Shown here: positions 30,558 through 42,597 of the stretch, one piece after another | How positions within the stretch are numbered: the first letter of the stretch is position 1 | Layout: each line of letters opens with the position of its first letter | NCBI GenBank assembly: GCA_965277715.1 | Contig: OZ255836.1 | Location: forward strand, 1,696,001-1,760,000 | From: Gammaproteobacteria bacterium | Lineage (GTDB): Bacteria > Pseudomonadota > Gammaproteobacteria > JBCCGL01 | Direction of reading: 5' to 3' | Length of the DNA: 64,000 bases | Notes under the pieces: model-generated | Told to the model about the DNA's origin: nothing | The model's database searches: none | The model's input: the letters and a program-made list of their open reading frames with translations, nothing else | Program-made: the position numbers and the translations under genes

Positions 30558-30688
30558 TCAGACAGGCGCGCATGATACGGCTACTCCAAGCAAACTTCAA
30601 GCACTATTAATCTTTAATTTATGCGCTATTTATTAATTAGGCAGATGACAGTTAAATGGCCTGGTAAATGACCTGGGCGTCCTATAGT

Positions 30689-30997
30689 TTACCGGCTGCC
30701 ACGCATGTGTTTTTTCAGATCGTGACAGTAAATAAACCCAGGGATGGCAAAGACGGTAAAAAGTAACGCCGTCACCGAATAAAACTCCCAATCCTGCGGG
30801 TAAATTTCACCGTTATGCATACGTTCAAAACCCAGGCCCAATAACATAAAACCACAATAAAACAGCAACCACTCCAGCAAACGCATGTATTCCCGTTTAC
30901 CGCCCGAGGGCAGAACAAGGAAAAAGATGCGATCACTCAGCCAAGGCAAATTGGCACAGACAAATCCCAAGCCAAGAAAAAGCCATACCGATACCAC
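30689..30997 (-). CDS. DUF2818-like small membrane protein
   Basis: ANLPWLS, QDWEFY, FAIPGF; directly after nuoN; GTG start uncertain. Confidence 0.8.
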   Translation of the reverse strand: MVSVWLFLGLGFVCANLPWLSDRIFFLVLPSGGKREYMRLLEWLLFYCGFMLLGLGFERMHNGEIYPQDWEFYSVTALLFTVFAIPGFIYCHDLKKHMRGSR

Positions 30998-31002
30998 GTT
31001 TG

Positions 31003-32430
31003 TCAGCCGGGAAAAGCCGCTATACAAGCACTCATTAAAGCAGCGGGAAATAAACCCAAACCGAGCACAGCGAGACCATTGGCGCTGAGCAGAACGCGTA
31101 TTACTGCGCCCTGTTCGATACCGGCATTATTTTCCGGAGCATCAAAAAAGATAATTTTTACCGCACGCAAATAATAGTAAGCGCCGATAATTGAAAACAG
31201 AACGGCATAAGCGGCCAACCAGACCAGGTCAATATCGACAATCGACTTGAGTACCGAAAGCTTTGCGTAAAACCCAACAGTCGGCGGCACACCCGCCATA
31301 GAAAACAAAATTAACATCATGATTAGAGCAAACCAGGGGCTACGACGAAATAAGCCTTTCAGATCATCCAGTTTTTCGGCTTCAAAGCCTTTTTTACTGA
31401 GGAGTATTAATACCCCAAACCCACCGATACTGGTCAACGCATAGGTTAACGCATAAAACATGGCCGAGGCGTAACCCTCTGCAGTGCCTGCCAGTAAACC
31501 GAGCAACAGAAAACCAACATGCGATACTGTCGAGTAGGCCAGCATACGTTTGATATTGTTCTGGGCAATCGCAATAACGTTGCCAACGGCCAGTGACAAT
31601 ACAGCCAATACAAGCAACATTCCCTGCCAATCGACCTGCAGCTCCTGCAAGCCATCCGCGAGAAAGCGGATCGCCAAGGCGAACCCGGCAATTTTTGGCG
31701 CACTGGATATATACAATGTCACTGATATTGGCGCACCGTCGTATACATCCGGCACCCACATATGGAATGGCACGGCACCCAGCTTAAATGCGAGGCCGAC
31801 GACAATACACGCAAGGCCCAATAGCAAGGCGATATTGTCACCCCCACTGTCGATTAAGAAGCGGTTTATATCCGCAAAATTAATCGAGCCGGAGATACCA
31901 TAAACCATCGAAATACCGTACAACAACATGCCGGAAGCCAGGGCACCCAGCACAAAGTATTTGATCGCCGCTTCGCTGGAGCGGGCATTGTCGCGGCGAA
32001 ACGCCACCATTGCGTACAGTGACAGTGACAACATTTCCAGACCGAGGTAAGCGGTTAACATACTGCCCGATGAAATCATTATCATCATGCCCAGCACACC
32101 GAACAAACCCAGCACATAGTACTCACCCTTGAGCATACCGCGATCCTGTAAATACACAGTGGAATAAGCAAATGCCAGTGCAATAATCGCTACCACCCAC
32201 ATCTTTAATACACCACTCATTGGATCGATAACAAACGCCCCATCAAACAACCCAGCACCCTGAACAGGCACTTGATACCACAACAATAAAAACGTGCCCG
32301 CCAAAGACAACAGTGATAAGTAAAGATTGACCTGTTTTTTGCCCTCTTGCAGAAACAAATCCCACATCAGCACCACACAGGTGCTACAGGCGAGGAATAT
32401 TTCTGGCAGCAGAGGAAGATACGTATTCAT
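31003..32430 (-). CDS. nuoN: NADH-quinone oxidoreductase subunit N
   Basis: EAAIKYFVLGA, FKLGAVPFHMWVPDVY, KRMLAYS. Confidence 0.97.
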   Translation of the reverse strand: MNTYLPLLPEIFLACSTCVVLMWDLFLQEGKKQVNLYLSLLSLAGTFLLLWYQVPVQGAGLFDGAFVIDPMSGVLKMWVVAIIALAFAYSTVYLQDRGMLKGEYYVLGLFGVLGMMIMISSGSMLTAYLGLEMLSLSLYAMVAFRRDNARSSEAAIKYFVLGALASGMLLYGISMVYGISGSINFADINRFLIDSGGDNIALLLGLACIVVGLAFKLGAVPFHMWVPDVYDGAPISVTLYISSAPKIAGFALAIRFLADGLQELQVDWQGMLLVLAVLSLAVGNVIAIAQNNIKRMLAYSTVSHVGFLLLGLLAGTAEGYASAMFYALTYALTSIGGFGVLILLSKKGFEAEKLDDLKGLFRRSPWFALIMMLILFSMAGVPPTVGFYAKLSVLKSIVDIDLVWLAAYAVLFSIIGAYYYLRAVKIIFFDAPENNAGIEQGAVIRVLLSANGLAVLGLGLFPAALMSACIAAFPG

Positions 32431-33956
32431 AAAGGCAGCTTCGAGGTGAGGATGTGTTGGAGCAGATTTTCCACCGTCGCATGCATCACTTGCGTCAATA
32501 CATCGGGCCACAAACCGAAAAACAGCACACAAATAGCCAACGCCGACAAGAATAGAAATTCGCGGCGATTGATATCCTGTAATTTGGCGACATTATCGTG
32601 CACCACATCTCCAAACAGGACCCGCTTAACCATCCACAAGGTATACGCCGCACCAATAATCAATGTGATCGCCGCAAAAAAGGCATACCAGAACCCGGCT
32701 TTAAACGACGCCAGTATCACCATGAATTCACCGACAAACCCGGATGTACCCGGCAGGCCCGCATTACTCATGGCAAACAACACCATAAACGCAGCAAAAA
32801 CCGGCATGGTATTCACCACACCGCCATAGTCGGCAATTTCGCGTGAGTGAATACGATCGTACATAACCCCCACACAGAGAAACATCGCCGCCGAGATAAA
32901 ACCGTGAGAAATCATTTGCATCATCGCACCTTCAATGCCCAGAATGGCGCTGGAGGTTGCGCTGCTATCGGTCTCACCAACCGAAGTGGCCATAATGCGA
33001 AAAGCGAGAAACATGCCCAGTGTGACAAAGCCCATGTGTGATATCGAGGAATAGGCAATCAACTTTTTCATATCAGACTGCACCAACGCCACAAAACCGA
33101 TATACACAACCGCGATCAAAGACAGCACAATCATTAAACCGTCGAGGTACAAGCTGGCGTCCGGGGCAATCGGTAGACTAAAACGCAGAAAACCATAAGC
33201 ACCCATTTTCAACATAATCGCCGCCAGTACCGCCGAGCCACCTGTGGGGGCTTCGACGTGCGCATCAGGCAACCAAGTATGCACCGGCCACATCGGTATT
33301 TTCACCGAGAACGCCAATAGGAACGCAATGAAAATCATTATCTGAGTGTCCAGGTCGATTTTCAGTTGTTGGAAATCATCGATAGAAAAAGTGCCGGTCT
33401 GGTAGTGCAAGTAGATCAGCGCGACCAACATAAATACCGAGCCGAAAAAGGTATACAGGAAAAATTTGATGGTAGCGTAAACGCGATTAGGGCCACCCCA
33501 GATACCAATAATCAAAAACATGGGGATCAGTGTCGCCTCCCAAAACACATAAAACAGAATGGCATCCATCGCGGCAAACACACCGATCATCAACCCGGTC
33601 ATTAACAAAAATGACCCCAGGTATACGGCGGCACGGTCTTGTATCACTTCCCACGCGGAGATAATAACGATAACGGTAATAAACGCCGTGAGGATAATCA
33701 GCGGCATGGCAATACCGTCGACACCCAATGCGTAGTAAACATTAAATGGATCAACCCATAGGCGCGATTCTGTAAATTGCATTTGCGCTGTGCCGGTATC
33801 GAAGTGTGTATACAGCAGCAAGCTCAATAAAAACGTCACCGTGGCAACCGCCAAAGCAGCGGGGCGCGCCAGATTATCGTGCAATAGCAACACCGCGATG
33901 CCACCGATAACCGGCAGCCAGACCAATATGCTCAGCAGTGGCCAATCAAGTGACAT
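32427..33956 (-). CDS. nuoM: NADH-quinone oxidoreductase subunit M
   Basis: VKIPMWPVHTWLPDAHVEAP, KKLIAYSS. Confidence 0.97.
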   Translation of the reverse strand: MSLDWPLLSILVWLPVIGGIAVLLLHDNLARPAALAVATVTFLLSLLLYTHFDTGTAQMQFTESRLWVDPFNVYYALGVDGIAMPLIILTAFITVIVIISAWEVIQDRAAVYLGSFLLMTGLMIGVFAAMDAILFYVFWEATLIPMFLIIGIWGGPNRVYATIKFFLYTFFGSVFMLVALIYLHYQTGTFSIDDFQQLKIDLDTQIMIFIAFLLAFSVKIPMWPVHTWLPDAHVEAPTGGSAVLAAIMLKMGAYGFLRFSLPIAPDASLYLDGLMIVLSLIAVVYIGFVALVQSDMKKLIAYSSISHMGFVTLGMFLAFRIMATSVGETDSSATSSAILGIEGAMMQMISHGFISAAMFLCVGVMYDRIHSREIADYGGVVNTMPVFAAFMVLFAMSNAGLPGTSGFVGEFMVILASFKAGFWYAFFAAITLIIGAAYTLWMVKRVLFGDVVHDNVAKLQDINRREFLFLSALAICVLFFGLWPDVLTQVMHATVENLLQHILTSKLPL

Positions 33957-33986
33957 ATGTGCCCGACCTTGTCAGCAAAGAGGTGT

Positions 33987-35933
33987 TCAACGAATAAACA
34001 ACCAGGTTAAAAGAAGTAACAGACCTAAAATCATCGCAAATGCATAGTGGTAGAGAAACCCACTCTGGATATGGCGAATCGAAGCCGCCAAACGCCCCAC
34101 ACTACGTGCAGCGCCATTGACAATGCCATCGTCGATTATTTTGATATCGCCCACTTTCCACAGAAACGCCCCAATACGGCGACTGCCATCGGCAAATACG
34201 ACCTGATTGAAATCGTCCAGGTAGTATTTATTATCCAGCAGTTTATGCAGCGCGGAAAACCGCTCCGCCATCTGCTGGGCAATCACCGGTTTGCGCATAT
34301 AAATATACCAGGCTACCAATACGCCCGAAGCCGCCAACCAGGTTGCCGGGCCTGCCAGCCCATGCAGAATAAACGCGATAACCCCGTGGTATTCAATCTG
34401 GCTCAGCACATTGTGTTCAGCGGCAACATAAATTGCATCGGCAAAGTAGTCACCAAACAACATGGGGCCAATACCAATAGCACCGATAATAACCGAGGGT
34501 ATGGCCAGCACAATTAATGGAGCAGTTATCACCCAAGGGCATTCGTGGCAGTGTTCACGGGTATGTTTATCCATGCGCGTTTCACCATGAAATACCATAA
34601 AAAACAGGCGGAAGCTGTAAAGTGCAGTAATGAAAACCCCAAGCAATACTGAGAGATAGGCAAAACCAGAACCGGCGATTTCAGCGTGGCGGACGGCCTC
34701 TATAATGGCATCTTTGGAAAAGAAACCGGCGAATCCCGGTGCGCCAATCAGCGCCAGCGAGCCGATTAACGACACCCAATAGGTTATGGGCATATAGCGC
34801 TTTAAACCGCCCATCTTGCGCATATCCTGCTCGTGATGCAGGGCGATAATCACCGAGCCCGCCGCCAGAAACAGCAGCGCTTTAAAAAACGCATGTGTCA
34901 TTAAATGAAAGATTGCCGCCGAGTAAGCCGAGGCGCCCAGCGCAACGGTCATATAACCCAATTGCGATAATGTGGAATAGGCAACCACTCGTTTGATATC
35001 GTTCTGTACCAGGCCGATCAAGCCCATAAACAAAGCCGTTGAGGCACCGATAACCAATATAAAACTCAGCGCCGTCTCGCTCAATTCAAACAGTGGTGAC
35101 ATACGCGCCACCATAAAAATACCGGCTGTCACCATTGTCGCGGCATGAATCAGGGCAGAGATGGGGGTCGGGCCTTCCATCGAGTCCGGCAGCCATACGT
35201 GCAGTGGAATTTGTGCCGACTTACCCATCGCACCAATAAACAGCAGAATACAGGTCACCGTCATTAGCGACCATTCGGTATCGCCAAACAAGCTGATTGT
35301 CTGCCCAACGAGTGACGGCGCATAGGCAAACACTGCGTCATAATCCATCGAACCTGTAAAGGCGAGCACGGCGCCAATACCCAGCAGAAAACCAAAATCA
35401 CCGACCCGGTTGACCAGGAATGCCTTCATATTCGCGTGAATCGCCGTTGGTTTCTTAAACCAAAACCCAATCAGCAGGTATGAGACCAGGCCAACAGCCT
35501 CCCAGCCAAAAAACAATTGCACAAAATTGTTCGCCATTACCAACATCAGCATGGAGAAGGTGAACAGGGAGATATAGCTAAAAAAGCGCTGATAGCCGGG
35601 GTCTTCGTGCATATAACCGATGGTGTAGATATGCACCATTAGCGAAACACCCGTAACAACGGTCATCATGGTAACGGTCAGACTATCGATCAGAAAACCG
35701 ACCTGAATCGAAAACGTGCCACTGGTTAGCCAGGTGTAAACCGTTTCGTTGTAGGTTTCCCCACCCTCAAAAACAATGTGTGAAAACGCCAACAAAGACA
35801 ACAAAAATGAAATCGCCACCCCAATAATAGTGACCCAATGCGCGCCAGCACGGCCAATTTGCCGACCAAACAACCCGGCAATAATAGCGCCAGCCAGTGG
35901 CGCCAGGGGTATCGCTAAATACAGATTATCCAC
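33987..35933 (-). CDS. nuoL: NADH-quinone oxidoreductase subunit L
   Basis: GKSAQIPLHVWLPDSMEGPTP, THAFFKALLF. Confidence 0.97.
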   Translation of the reverse strand: MDNLYLAIPLAPLAGAIIAGLFGRQIGRAGAHWVTIIGVAISFLLSLLAFSHIVFEGGETYNETVYTWLTSGTFSIQVGFLIDSLTVTMMTVVTGVSLMVHIYTIGYMHEDPGYQRFFSYISLFTFSMLMLVMANNFVQLFFGWEAVGLVSYLLIGFWFKKPTAIHANMKAFLVNRVGDFGFLLGIGAVLAFTGSMDYDAVFAYAPSLVGQTISLFGDTEWSLMTVTCILLFIGAMGKSAQIPLHVWLPDSMEGPTPISALIHAATMVTAGIFMVARMSPLFELSETALSFILVIGASTALFMGLIGLVQNDIKRVVAYSTLSQLGYMTVALGASAYSAAIFHLMTHAFFKALLFLAAGSVIIALHHEQDMRKMGGLKRYMPITYWVSLIGSLALIGAPGFAGFFSKDAIIEAVRHAEIAGSGFAYLSVLLGVFITALYSFRLFFMVFHGETRMDKHTREHCHECPWVITAPLIVLAIPSVIIGAIGIGPMLFGDYFADAIYVAAEHNVLSQIEYHGVIAFILHGLAGPATWLAASGVLVAWYIYMRKPVIAQQMAERFSALHKLLDNKYYLDDFNQVVFADGSRRIGAFLWKVGDIKIIDDGIVNGAARSVGRLAASIRHIQSGFLYHYAFAMILGLLLLLTWLFIR

Positions 35934-35935
35934 GG

Positions 35936-36241
35936 CTACCCCTTAATTTCGTTGAGGTCTTCGACGTTAATCGTACTGCGATTGCGAAACAGCAGGACCA
36001 ATATCGCCAAACCAATAGCCGCTTCAGCGGCGGCAACCGTGAGTACAAAGAAGACAAATATCTGCCCGGTGTTGTCGCCGTTAAAGTGCGAGAAGGCGAC
36101 AAAATTCATATTCACCGCCAGTAGCATTAATTCAATCGACATCAACAGTACGATGACATTTTTTCGATTGATAAAAATACCGGCCACGCTTAAACCAAAT
36201 AACACCGCGCCGAGAATCAAAAAGTGTGAGAGCGAAATCAT
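35936..36241 (-). CDS. nuoK: NADH-quinone oxidoreductase subunit K
   Basis: [20 protein letters not shown]. Confidence 0.97.
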   Translation of the reverse strand: MISLSHFLILGAVLFGLSVAGIFINRKNVIVLLMSIELMLLAVNMNFVAFSHFNGDNTGQIFVFFVLTVAAAEAAIGLAILVLLFRNRSTINVEDLNEIKG

Positions 36242-36248
36242 AGTAGTG

Positions 36249-36851
36249 TTAGTATTTTTCCGATTTCATCGGGACGATGCGCAAACGATCTTTCTTTTGC
36301 ACGGAAACCTGCTGTACAGGCGACTGGTATTTTGTGTCGGGGCGTTTGCGCATAGTCAGCGCGATGGCAGCGACAATCGCGACCAATAAAATCAGTGCCG
36401 CCACTTCAATATGAAACAGGTACTGGGTGTACATTTCACGGCCAATCGCCTCTGCATTGCTGTAGTCAGCAGACTTTGCCGCAGGGGCTGGAAAGGCATC
36501 CAGTGAGAAATTGCCGCGTACAATAATAACCGCCATTTCACCCACCATGATCAAACCGACCAGAATACCGACGGGCAGATTGCGGATAAACCCTTCACGC
36601 AACGGCTCTACATTGATATCCAACATCATCACCACAAACAGAAACAGCACCATAACAGCACCGACATAAACCAGAACCAGCACGATAGCGAGGAATTCAG
36701 CTTCCAGCAGCATCCACAACACTGAGCAGGTAAAAAAGGTCAGTACCAGAAAGAGTACGGCGTGCACAGGGTTGCGTGCGGTAATCACCCGCAGCGCCGA
36801 GGCAATCAAAATGGCACTGAATACCCAGAATAAGCTGTTGTATACGGTCAC
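36249..36851 (-). CDS. nuoJ: NADH-quinone oxidoreductase subunit J
   Basis: [23 protein letters not shown]; probable GTG start. Confidence 0.95.
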   Translation of the reverse strand: MTVYNSLFWVFSAILIASALRVITARNPVHAVLFLVLTFFTCSVLWMLLEAEFLAIVLVLVYVGAVMVLFLFVVMMLDINVEPLREGFIRNLPVGILVGLIMVGEMAVIIVRGNFSLDAFPAPAAKSADYSNAEAIGREMYTQYLFHIEVAALILLVAIVAAIALTMRKRPDTKYQSPVQQVSVQKKDRLRIVPMKSEKY

Positions 36852-36858
36852 TTGGTTT

Positions 36859-37347
36859 CTACCGGTAAGGTGCGTCCGCCGCACGGTCTTTGGCGAGTTG
36901 TACTTCGTATTTATCACCCAGTTCGAGCAACATTTCTTTGGTCATAATCTGTTCACCACGTTTTTCAAAGTGGTATTCAAAAACGCGAGTTTCGACAATC
37001 GAATCAACCGGACAGGCCTCTTCACAAAACCCACAATATATACATTTAAATAAATCGATGTCGTAGCGTGTCGTGCGCCGCGTGCCATCGTCTCGCTGTT
37101 CTGATTCAATGGTAATCGCCAGCGCCGGGCAAACCGCTTCACACAGTTTGCAGGCAATACAGCGCTCTTCCCCATTGGGGTAGCGCCGCAGGGCGTGAAG
37201 GCCACGAAAACGTGGCGACTGCGGGGTTTTCTCCTCGGGGTATTGCACCGTGATTTTAGGCTTAAACAGGTGCCTGCCGGTTACCCGCAAGCCACCAAGT
37301 AACTCCCATAACGCTAAGCTTTTAATGTAGCTAATGACGGCATTCAT
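36859..37347 (-). CDS. nuoI: NADH-quinone oxidoreductase subunit I
   Basis: [24 protein letters not shown]. Confidence 0.97.
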   Translation of the reverse strand: MNAVISYIKSLALWELLGGLRVTGRHLFKPKITVQYPEEKTPQSPRFRGLHALRRYPNGEERCIACKLCEAVCPALAITIESEQRDDGTRRTTRYDIDLFKCIYCGFCEEACPVDSIVETRVFEYHFEKRGEQIMTKEMLLELGDKYEVQLAKDRAADAPYR

Positions 37348-37351
37348 GGTG

Positions 37352-38392
37352 TTAAGCGCCCAATGCGAACCAGGGTTCGACTTTAAAGTAAATAGCGACC
37401 CCTTCAACGAACACCCAGACGATAGTGATGGGGATAAATACTTTCCACCCCAGACGCATAATCTGATCGTAGCGATAGCGCGGAAAAGTGGCCCGAAACC
37501 AGAGAAACAGGAACAGCATTGCCGAGGTTTTAATCAAAAACCAGTGAATGCCGTCACCAAAGCCGTCGATGGGTGACATCCAACCGCCGAGAAACATTAT
37601 CGCGGTGAGCGCGGCAATCATAATCATATTGGCGTATTCGGCGAGAAAGAATACCGCGAATGCCATGCCCGAGTAATCGATATGAAACCCAGCGACAATT
37701 TCTGACTCACCTTCAGCGACATCAAACGGTGCGCGGTTGGTTTCAGCGACACCGGAAATAAAGTAAACAATAAATAAGGGAAACAACGGCAACCAAAACC
37801 AGTGAAATACTCCCCCGCTCTGCGCGCGCACGATATCGCCGAGGTTCAAACTGCCTCCAACCATCAACACCCCCACCAATGCAAACCCCATGGCGATTTC
37901 GTAGGCGACAATTTGTGCGGCAGAGCGCATGGCGCCGAGAAACGCATATTTTGAATTAGATGCCCAACCGGCAATAATTATTCCATAAACCCCCATCGAC
38001 GTAAGAGCCAGCACATACAATAAACCGGCGTTGACATCTGCCAGCACCAGGCCATCATCAAACGGCACTACCGCCCAGGCCGCCAGTGCGGGCGTTAGCG
38101 AAAGTACCGGTGCAACCAGAAATAAAAACCGGTTCGCATGGCTGGGAATAATAACTTCTTTAGTAAGCAGTTTGAGCGCATCGGCAATCGGTTGTAACAA
38201 ACCTTTTGGGCCTACACGGTTCGGCCCCATACGCACCTGCATATAAGCAATTACCTTGCGTTCGGCAAAGGTGAGATAGGCAACAGTTCCCATCAGCGGC
38301 AATAGGATGACGGTGATTTTAAGTACCGTCCAGACCGTATATTGCACGGCTTCCGGCAGGCTGCTCCAAAGGGATAAGGCAAATTCAAGCAT
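37352..38392 (-). CDS. nuoH: NADH-quinone oxidoreductase subunit H
   Basis: ERKV...[22 protein letters not shown]. Confidence 0.97.
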   Translation of the reverse strand: MLEFALSLWSSLPEAVQYTVWTVLKITVILLPLMGTVAYLTFAERKVIAYMQVRMGPNRVGPKGLLQPIADALKLLTKEVIIPSHANRFLFLVAPVLSLTPALAAWAVVPFDDGLVLADVNAGLLYVLALTSMGVYGIIIAGWASNSKYAFLGAMRSAAQIVAYEIAMGFALVGVLMVGGSLNLGDIVRAQSGGVFHWFWLPLFPLFIVYFISGVAETNRAPFDVAEGESEIVAGFHIDYSGMAFAVFFLAEYANMIMIAALTAIMFLGGWMSPIDGFGDGIHWFLIKTSAMLFLFLWFRATFPRYRYDQIMRLGWKVFIPITIVWVFVEGVAIYFKVEPWFALGA

Positions 38393-40793
38393 CGGCCAAC
38401 TTTCCTGTGGTAGGTTGCCCTGCAGTAGACTGACCTGGCGCCAAAGCCACTTCTGCCTGTGCGGCGCCCAGTGCGGCACTGCTGGGCATTCCCATCGGAA
38501 TCCAGGCACAACCATCGGCAAGTGCCGTATCGATTGTTACCGATAAGGTTTTAGTGGCGCCCTGCTGGGTGACCACGACCTCATCGGCCCCGTTCAGGCC
38601 AATAGCATTCGCACTGCCTGGTGATAAGCTGATGCCCGTAGGATTGGCATCGGCCGTGCGCTGTAAAGCCGTTGCACGGCGGGTGAGCGGGTCACTCGCG
38701 TAAATAGGCACATCACCTGTGCGTACCATTGCCCCGGTATTGCACGCTGACACAGAAACAGCACCCAGCGCCCGCTTATTGTCCAGTTGCACATTGAGAC
38801 AATGTTGTTTTAGCTCGCCACGTACATCATCACTGGACAGGTAATCAAAACCATCGATGTTCAGGTGGTTAGCCAACACCCGCAACACCTTCCACGCCGG
38901 GCGGGACTCACCACGGGCTGCAACCGCGCCTTTAAAAGACTGCCAACTGCCTGCTGCATTGACAAAAGTACCCGATGTTTCAGCAAATGTAGCCACCGGC
39001 AATATGATACTGGCACATTCACGCAATGCCTCACTATCAAAGCTGGTCAGGGCAATTAATGCATCGGCCTGGCCTAATGTAGCCACCGCTGCCGCGCCTG
39101 CACTGCTATCCATATCAGGGTCTATCGCTAGTAACAAATAGGCTTTTAAAGCGTGTTCCAGCATATCTGCGGCGTGTTTGCCTTCGGGCTCACTGGTGGC
39201 ATTTCCGGCGGCGCTACGATGCGGTACACAACCACTCAGCCAGGCACCTGCGGTATTGCCCGCTTCAGGCAAATAGCCAAATACAGCGTCGCTACTCATC
39301 GCTATCGCCTGAGCCAACGCCCGCAGCGCCGAAAAATCGCTGTGACTAACCGCACTATTACCCAGTACCACCCAGGTTTTCTCGCCCTTTTTGAGGCTGT
39401 CGGCAATACGTTGATGTTGTGGACTAATCGTGGCCGCACGCGCACCGGAAACGTGGGATATATCAGCCCCCAGTGCGTTGGCGATTGCCATCAGTTCGGC
39501 CACCATCGCATAGGGGTGCACCCCCATATTGACACAGGTATCAAATTGCTGGGCGTGGGCACGCGTATTTAAAAAGCTGATTTGCGCGCCTTTAAGAGCC
39601 GATTTGCGCAATCGATGTGCCGCAATCGGTTGTTCTTTACGCGGATTGGAACCAATTAATAATGCGGCATCAAGTGTGTCGATAGCATCGATTGGCATAC
39701 CTAACCAGGGCATGACCGGCGCTTTTTGTTGATCGCTAAAATCACGCTGGCGCAAGCGGTGATCGATATTGTTACTGCCCAGTGCACGGGTTATTTTCTG
39801 GGCGAGGTATTGTTCCTCCAGTGTGGCGATAGGCGAGATCAGCGTACCCAATTGATCGCCACTTGCAGCAATCGCTTCAGCCGCTGCCGATAGCGCTTCA
39901 TCCCATTCGACCGATTGCCACTCACCGCTCTTTTTGAGCATCGGTGTCAACAGCCGTTGTTTGCTGTTAATCGCCTCGTAACTGAAACGGTCGCGGTCAG
40001 AAATCCACGCTTCGTTGATCGATTCATTGTCGCGTGGCACTACGCGCATCACATCGCCGCGCCGCGAGTGGATGTAAATGTTCGACCCCATGCTGTCGTG
40101 TGGCGCCACCGAGGCATGCTGGGTCAATTCCCAGGGTCGTGCAGTGTAACGGGAGGGTTTTGCTGTTAGAGCGCCCACCGGACACAGATCGATAACATTA
40201 CCGGACATCTCTGAGGCAACACTTTTTTCGATAAATGTACCGATGCGTGAATTTTCACCACGCCCCGTCATACCCAGCTCGCGCAACCCGGCAATCTCTT
40301 CACCAAAGCGGACACAACGGGTGCAGTGTATACAGCGTGTCATCTCTGTGGATATTAATGGGCCGATGTATTTATCAAAGACGACGCGCTTAGTTTCGCT
40401 GTATTGCGAAACACCACTACCGTAACCCATCGCCTGATCCTGTAATTCACACTCTCCCCCCTGATCGCAGATGGGGCAGTCCAATGGATGGTTGATCAGC
40501 AGAAATTCCATCGTCGATTTTTGTGCGTCGAGCGCCCGTTCAGAACGTGTATGCACGACCATGCCAGGCATAATGGGTGTCGCGCAGGCGGGCAAGGGTT
40601 TCGGCGCCTTTTCAACATCGACCAGGCACATTCGGCAGTTGGCCGCCACCGACAATTTCCGGTGGTAGCAGAATCGTGGCACATCAATACCCGCCTGGTC
40701 GGTGGCCTCAATCAACATGGCGCCCTTGCGCGCCTGCAGAGGCTGCCCATCGACAGTAATTTCCACTAATTCTTCGTTAACGGCGTCACTCAT
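38385..40793 (-). CDS. nuoG: NADH-quinone oxidoreductase subunit G
   Basis: [34 protein letters not shown]. Confidence 0.97.
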   Translation of the reverse strand: MSDAVNEELVEITVDGQPLQARKGAMLIEATDQAGIDVPRFCYHRKLSVAANCRMCLVDVEKAPKPLPACATPIMPGMVVHTRSERALDAQKSTMEFLLINHPLDCPICDQGGECELQDQAMGYGSGVSQYSETKRVVFDKYIGPLISTEMTRCIHCTRCVRFGEEIAGLRELGMTGRGENSRIGTFIEKSVASEMSGNVIDLCPVGALTAKPSRYTARPWELTQHASVAPHDSMGSNIYIHSRRGDVMRVVPRDNESINEAWISDRDRFSYEAINSKQRLLTPMLKKSGEWQSVEWDEALSAAAEAIAASGDQLGTLISPIATLEEQYLAQKITRALGSNNIDHRLRQRDFSDQQKAPVMPWLGMPIDAIDTLDAALLIGSNPRKEQPIAAHRLRKSALKGAQISFLNTRAHAQQFDTCVNMGVHPYAMVAELMAIANALGADISHVSGARAATISPQHQRIADSLKKGEKTWVVLGNSAVSHSDFSALRALAQAIAMSSDAVFGYLPEAGNTAGAWLSGCVPHRSAAGNATSEPEGKHAADMLEHALKAYLLLAIDPDMDSSAGAAAVATLGQADALIALTSFDSEALRECASIILPVATFAETSGTFVNAAGSWQSFKGAVAARGESRPAWKVLRVLANHLNIDGFDYLSSDDVRGELKQHCLNVQLDNKRALGAVSVSACNTGAMVRTGDVPIYASDPLTRRATALQRTADANPTGISLSPGSANAIGLNGADEVVVTQQGATKTLSVTIDTALADGCAWIPMGMPSSAALGAAQAEVALAPGQSTAGQPTTGKLADA

Positions 40794-42100
40794 GCGGCGT
40801 CACCCAGTTTTTCAGCGACAAGGCTACGCTTGTGCTCGATGTAGTATTCAAATTCGTGGCGGTAGTGTTTGATAAAGCTGCGCACCGGCATCGCCGCCGC
40901 ATCACCCAGGGCGCAGATAGTGCGGCCCTCTATTTTATGGGCGACATCGTCGAGCCTGTCCAGGTCTTCCGGCAGGCCTTTACCGTCGACAATGCGACAC
41001 AGCATACGGTACAGCCAGCCCGTTCCTTCGCGACAGGGAGTACACTGACCACAGGACTCAGAGAAATAAAAGCGGGAAATACGCCGTAGGGTCTTGACCA
41101 TATCGGTGCTTTCGTCCATTACGATCACCGCACCAGACCCCAGCATTGAGCCGACACTGGCAATCGAGTCGTAGTCCATATTGACCTGCAACATCTGCTC
41201 ACCAGGCACCACTGGCACCGAGGAACCACCCGGAATAACCGCCTTTAATGGCGTGCCATTGAGTACACCACCGGCCATATCCAACAGTTCGGCAAACGGA
41301 GTACCGAGGTTGATTTCAAAGTTACCGGGGTTATTAACATGGCCAGACACTGAGAACAGTTTTTGCCCCCCCGCCCTTTCGATACCCATATCGGCAAACC
41401 ATTGCGCACCGTTGCGCATAATCGCGGGCACAGAGGCAATCGATTCGGTATTGTTAATTGTCGTTGGTCTACCGTATAAACCGTAGTTAGCCGGGAAAGG
41501 TGGTTTAAAGCGTGGCTGGCCTTTTTTGCCCTCCAGCGATTCCAGTAGTGCAGTTTCCTCACCACAGATATAAGCCCCCGCACCGAGCGCACCATAGACA
41601 TCGATATCGATACCACTGCCTTTGATGTTCTTACCCAGCCAGCCATTGTCATAGGCCTCGGCAACCGCCTGTTCAAAACGGGTGGCCACTTCGTCCATAA
41701 ACTCACCGCGCATATAGTTGTAGGCAACACTGGCGCCAATCGCATAGGCGCCAATCGCCAGGCCCTCAACCAGAGCGTGTGGATTAAAGCGAATTAAATC
41801 ACGGTCTTTACAGGTGCCTGGTTCAGATTCGTCTGAGTTACACACCAGGTAGTTCTGGCTACCATTAACCGGCTGAGGCATAAAACTCCATTTCAGACCA
41901 GTGGGAAACCCTGCCCCACCCCGGCCACGCAAGCCAGAGGCTTTCACTTCGTCGATCACATCCTTCTGTGGTATCTTTTCACTGAGGATTTTCTCCCAGC
42001 CTGTGTAACCACCCGTTTTCAGGTAGTTTTCATATGTCCAGGGCTGCTCAAACTGCAGCGTGGTAAAACAGACTTGATTGGTCAGTGTCGCCATTCTCAT
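40790..42100 (-). CDS. nuoF: NADH-quinone oxidoreductase subunit F
   Basis: GRGGAGF, DESEPG, YICGEET, ESCGQCTPCREG. Confidence 0.97.
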   Translation of the reverse strand: MRMATLTNQVCFTTLQFEQPWTYENYLKTGGYTGWEKILSEKIPQKDVIDEVKASGLRGRGGAGFPTGLKWSFMPQPVNGSQNYLVCNSDESEPGTCKDRDLIRFNPHALVEGLAIGAYAIGASVAYNYMRGEFMDEVATRFEQAVAEAYDNGWLGKNIKGSGIDIDVYGALGAGAYICGEETALLESLEGKKGQPRFKPPFPANYGLYGRPTTINNTESIASVPAIMRNGAQWFADMGIERAGGQKLFSVSGHVNNPGNFEINLGTPFAELLDMAGGVLNGTPLKAVIPGGSSVPVVPGEQMLQVNMDYDSIASVGSMLGSGAVIVMDESTDMVKTLRRISRFYFSESCGQCTPCREGTGWLYRMLCRIVDGKGLPEDLDRLDDVAHKIEGRTICALGDAAAMPVRSFIKHYRHEFEYYIEHKRSLVAEKLGDAA

Positions 42101-42597
42101 TCCAATCCGTCGAGGATATCATCGACCTTTTCAGGTGTCAGATGAGTGTGGTAAACGTGATCGACCTGCATCATCGGCCCGCCGGAACACGCGGCCAGAC
42201 ACTCCTCTTCAACTTTCAGATAAATGCGGTTATCCGCTGTGCTCTCGCCAAGTTTAATGCCCAGCTTGCGCTCGATATGATCGACAATCCGGTCACTGCC
42301 CATCAACATACAACTGATATTGGTACAGATCGCCACATTGTGGCGGGCCACCGGCTTCAATTCGTACATCGAATAAAAACTGGCCACCTCGTAAACGGCT
42401 ATTTTTGGCAGATCGAGATAGTCGGCCACCGCGTCCATCAGTTCAACAGTGAGGTAGCCTTCGTTCTGATGCTGTGCTTCGCGCAGGGAAGTCAATACAG
42501 CCGAGCGTTTTTGATCGTCGGGAAAGCGCGCCAAACAGGCATCGATGGCCTCGAGGGTGTGCTGTGAGAGTATTGATGTAGCGGCTTCAGTGCTCAT
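42097..42597 (-). CDS. nuoE: NADH-quinone oxidoreductase subunit E
   Basis: CTNISC, ECLAAC. Confidence 0.96.
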   Translation of the reverse strand: MSTEAATSILSQHTLEAIDACLARFPDDQKRSAVLTSLREAQHQNEGYLTVELMDAVADYLDLPKIAVYEVASFYSMYELKPVARHNVAICTNISCMLMGSDRIVDHIERKLGIKLGESTADNRIYLKVEEECLAACSGGPMMQVDHVYHTHLTPEKVDDILDGLE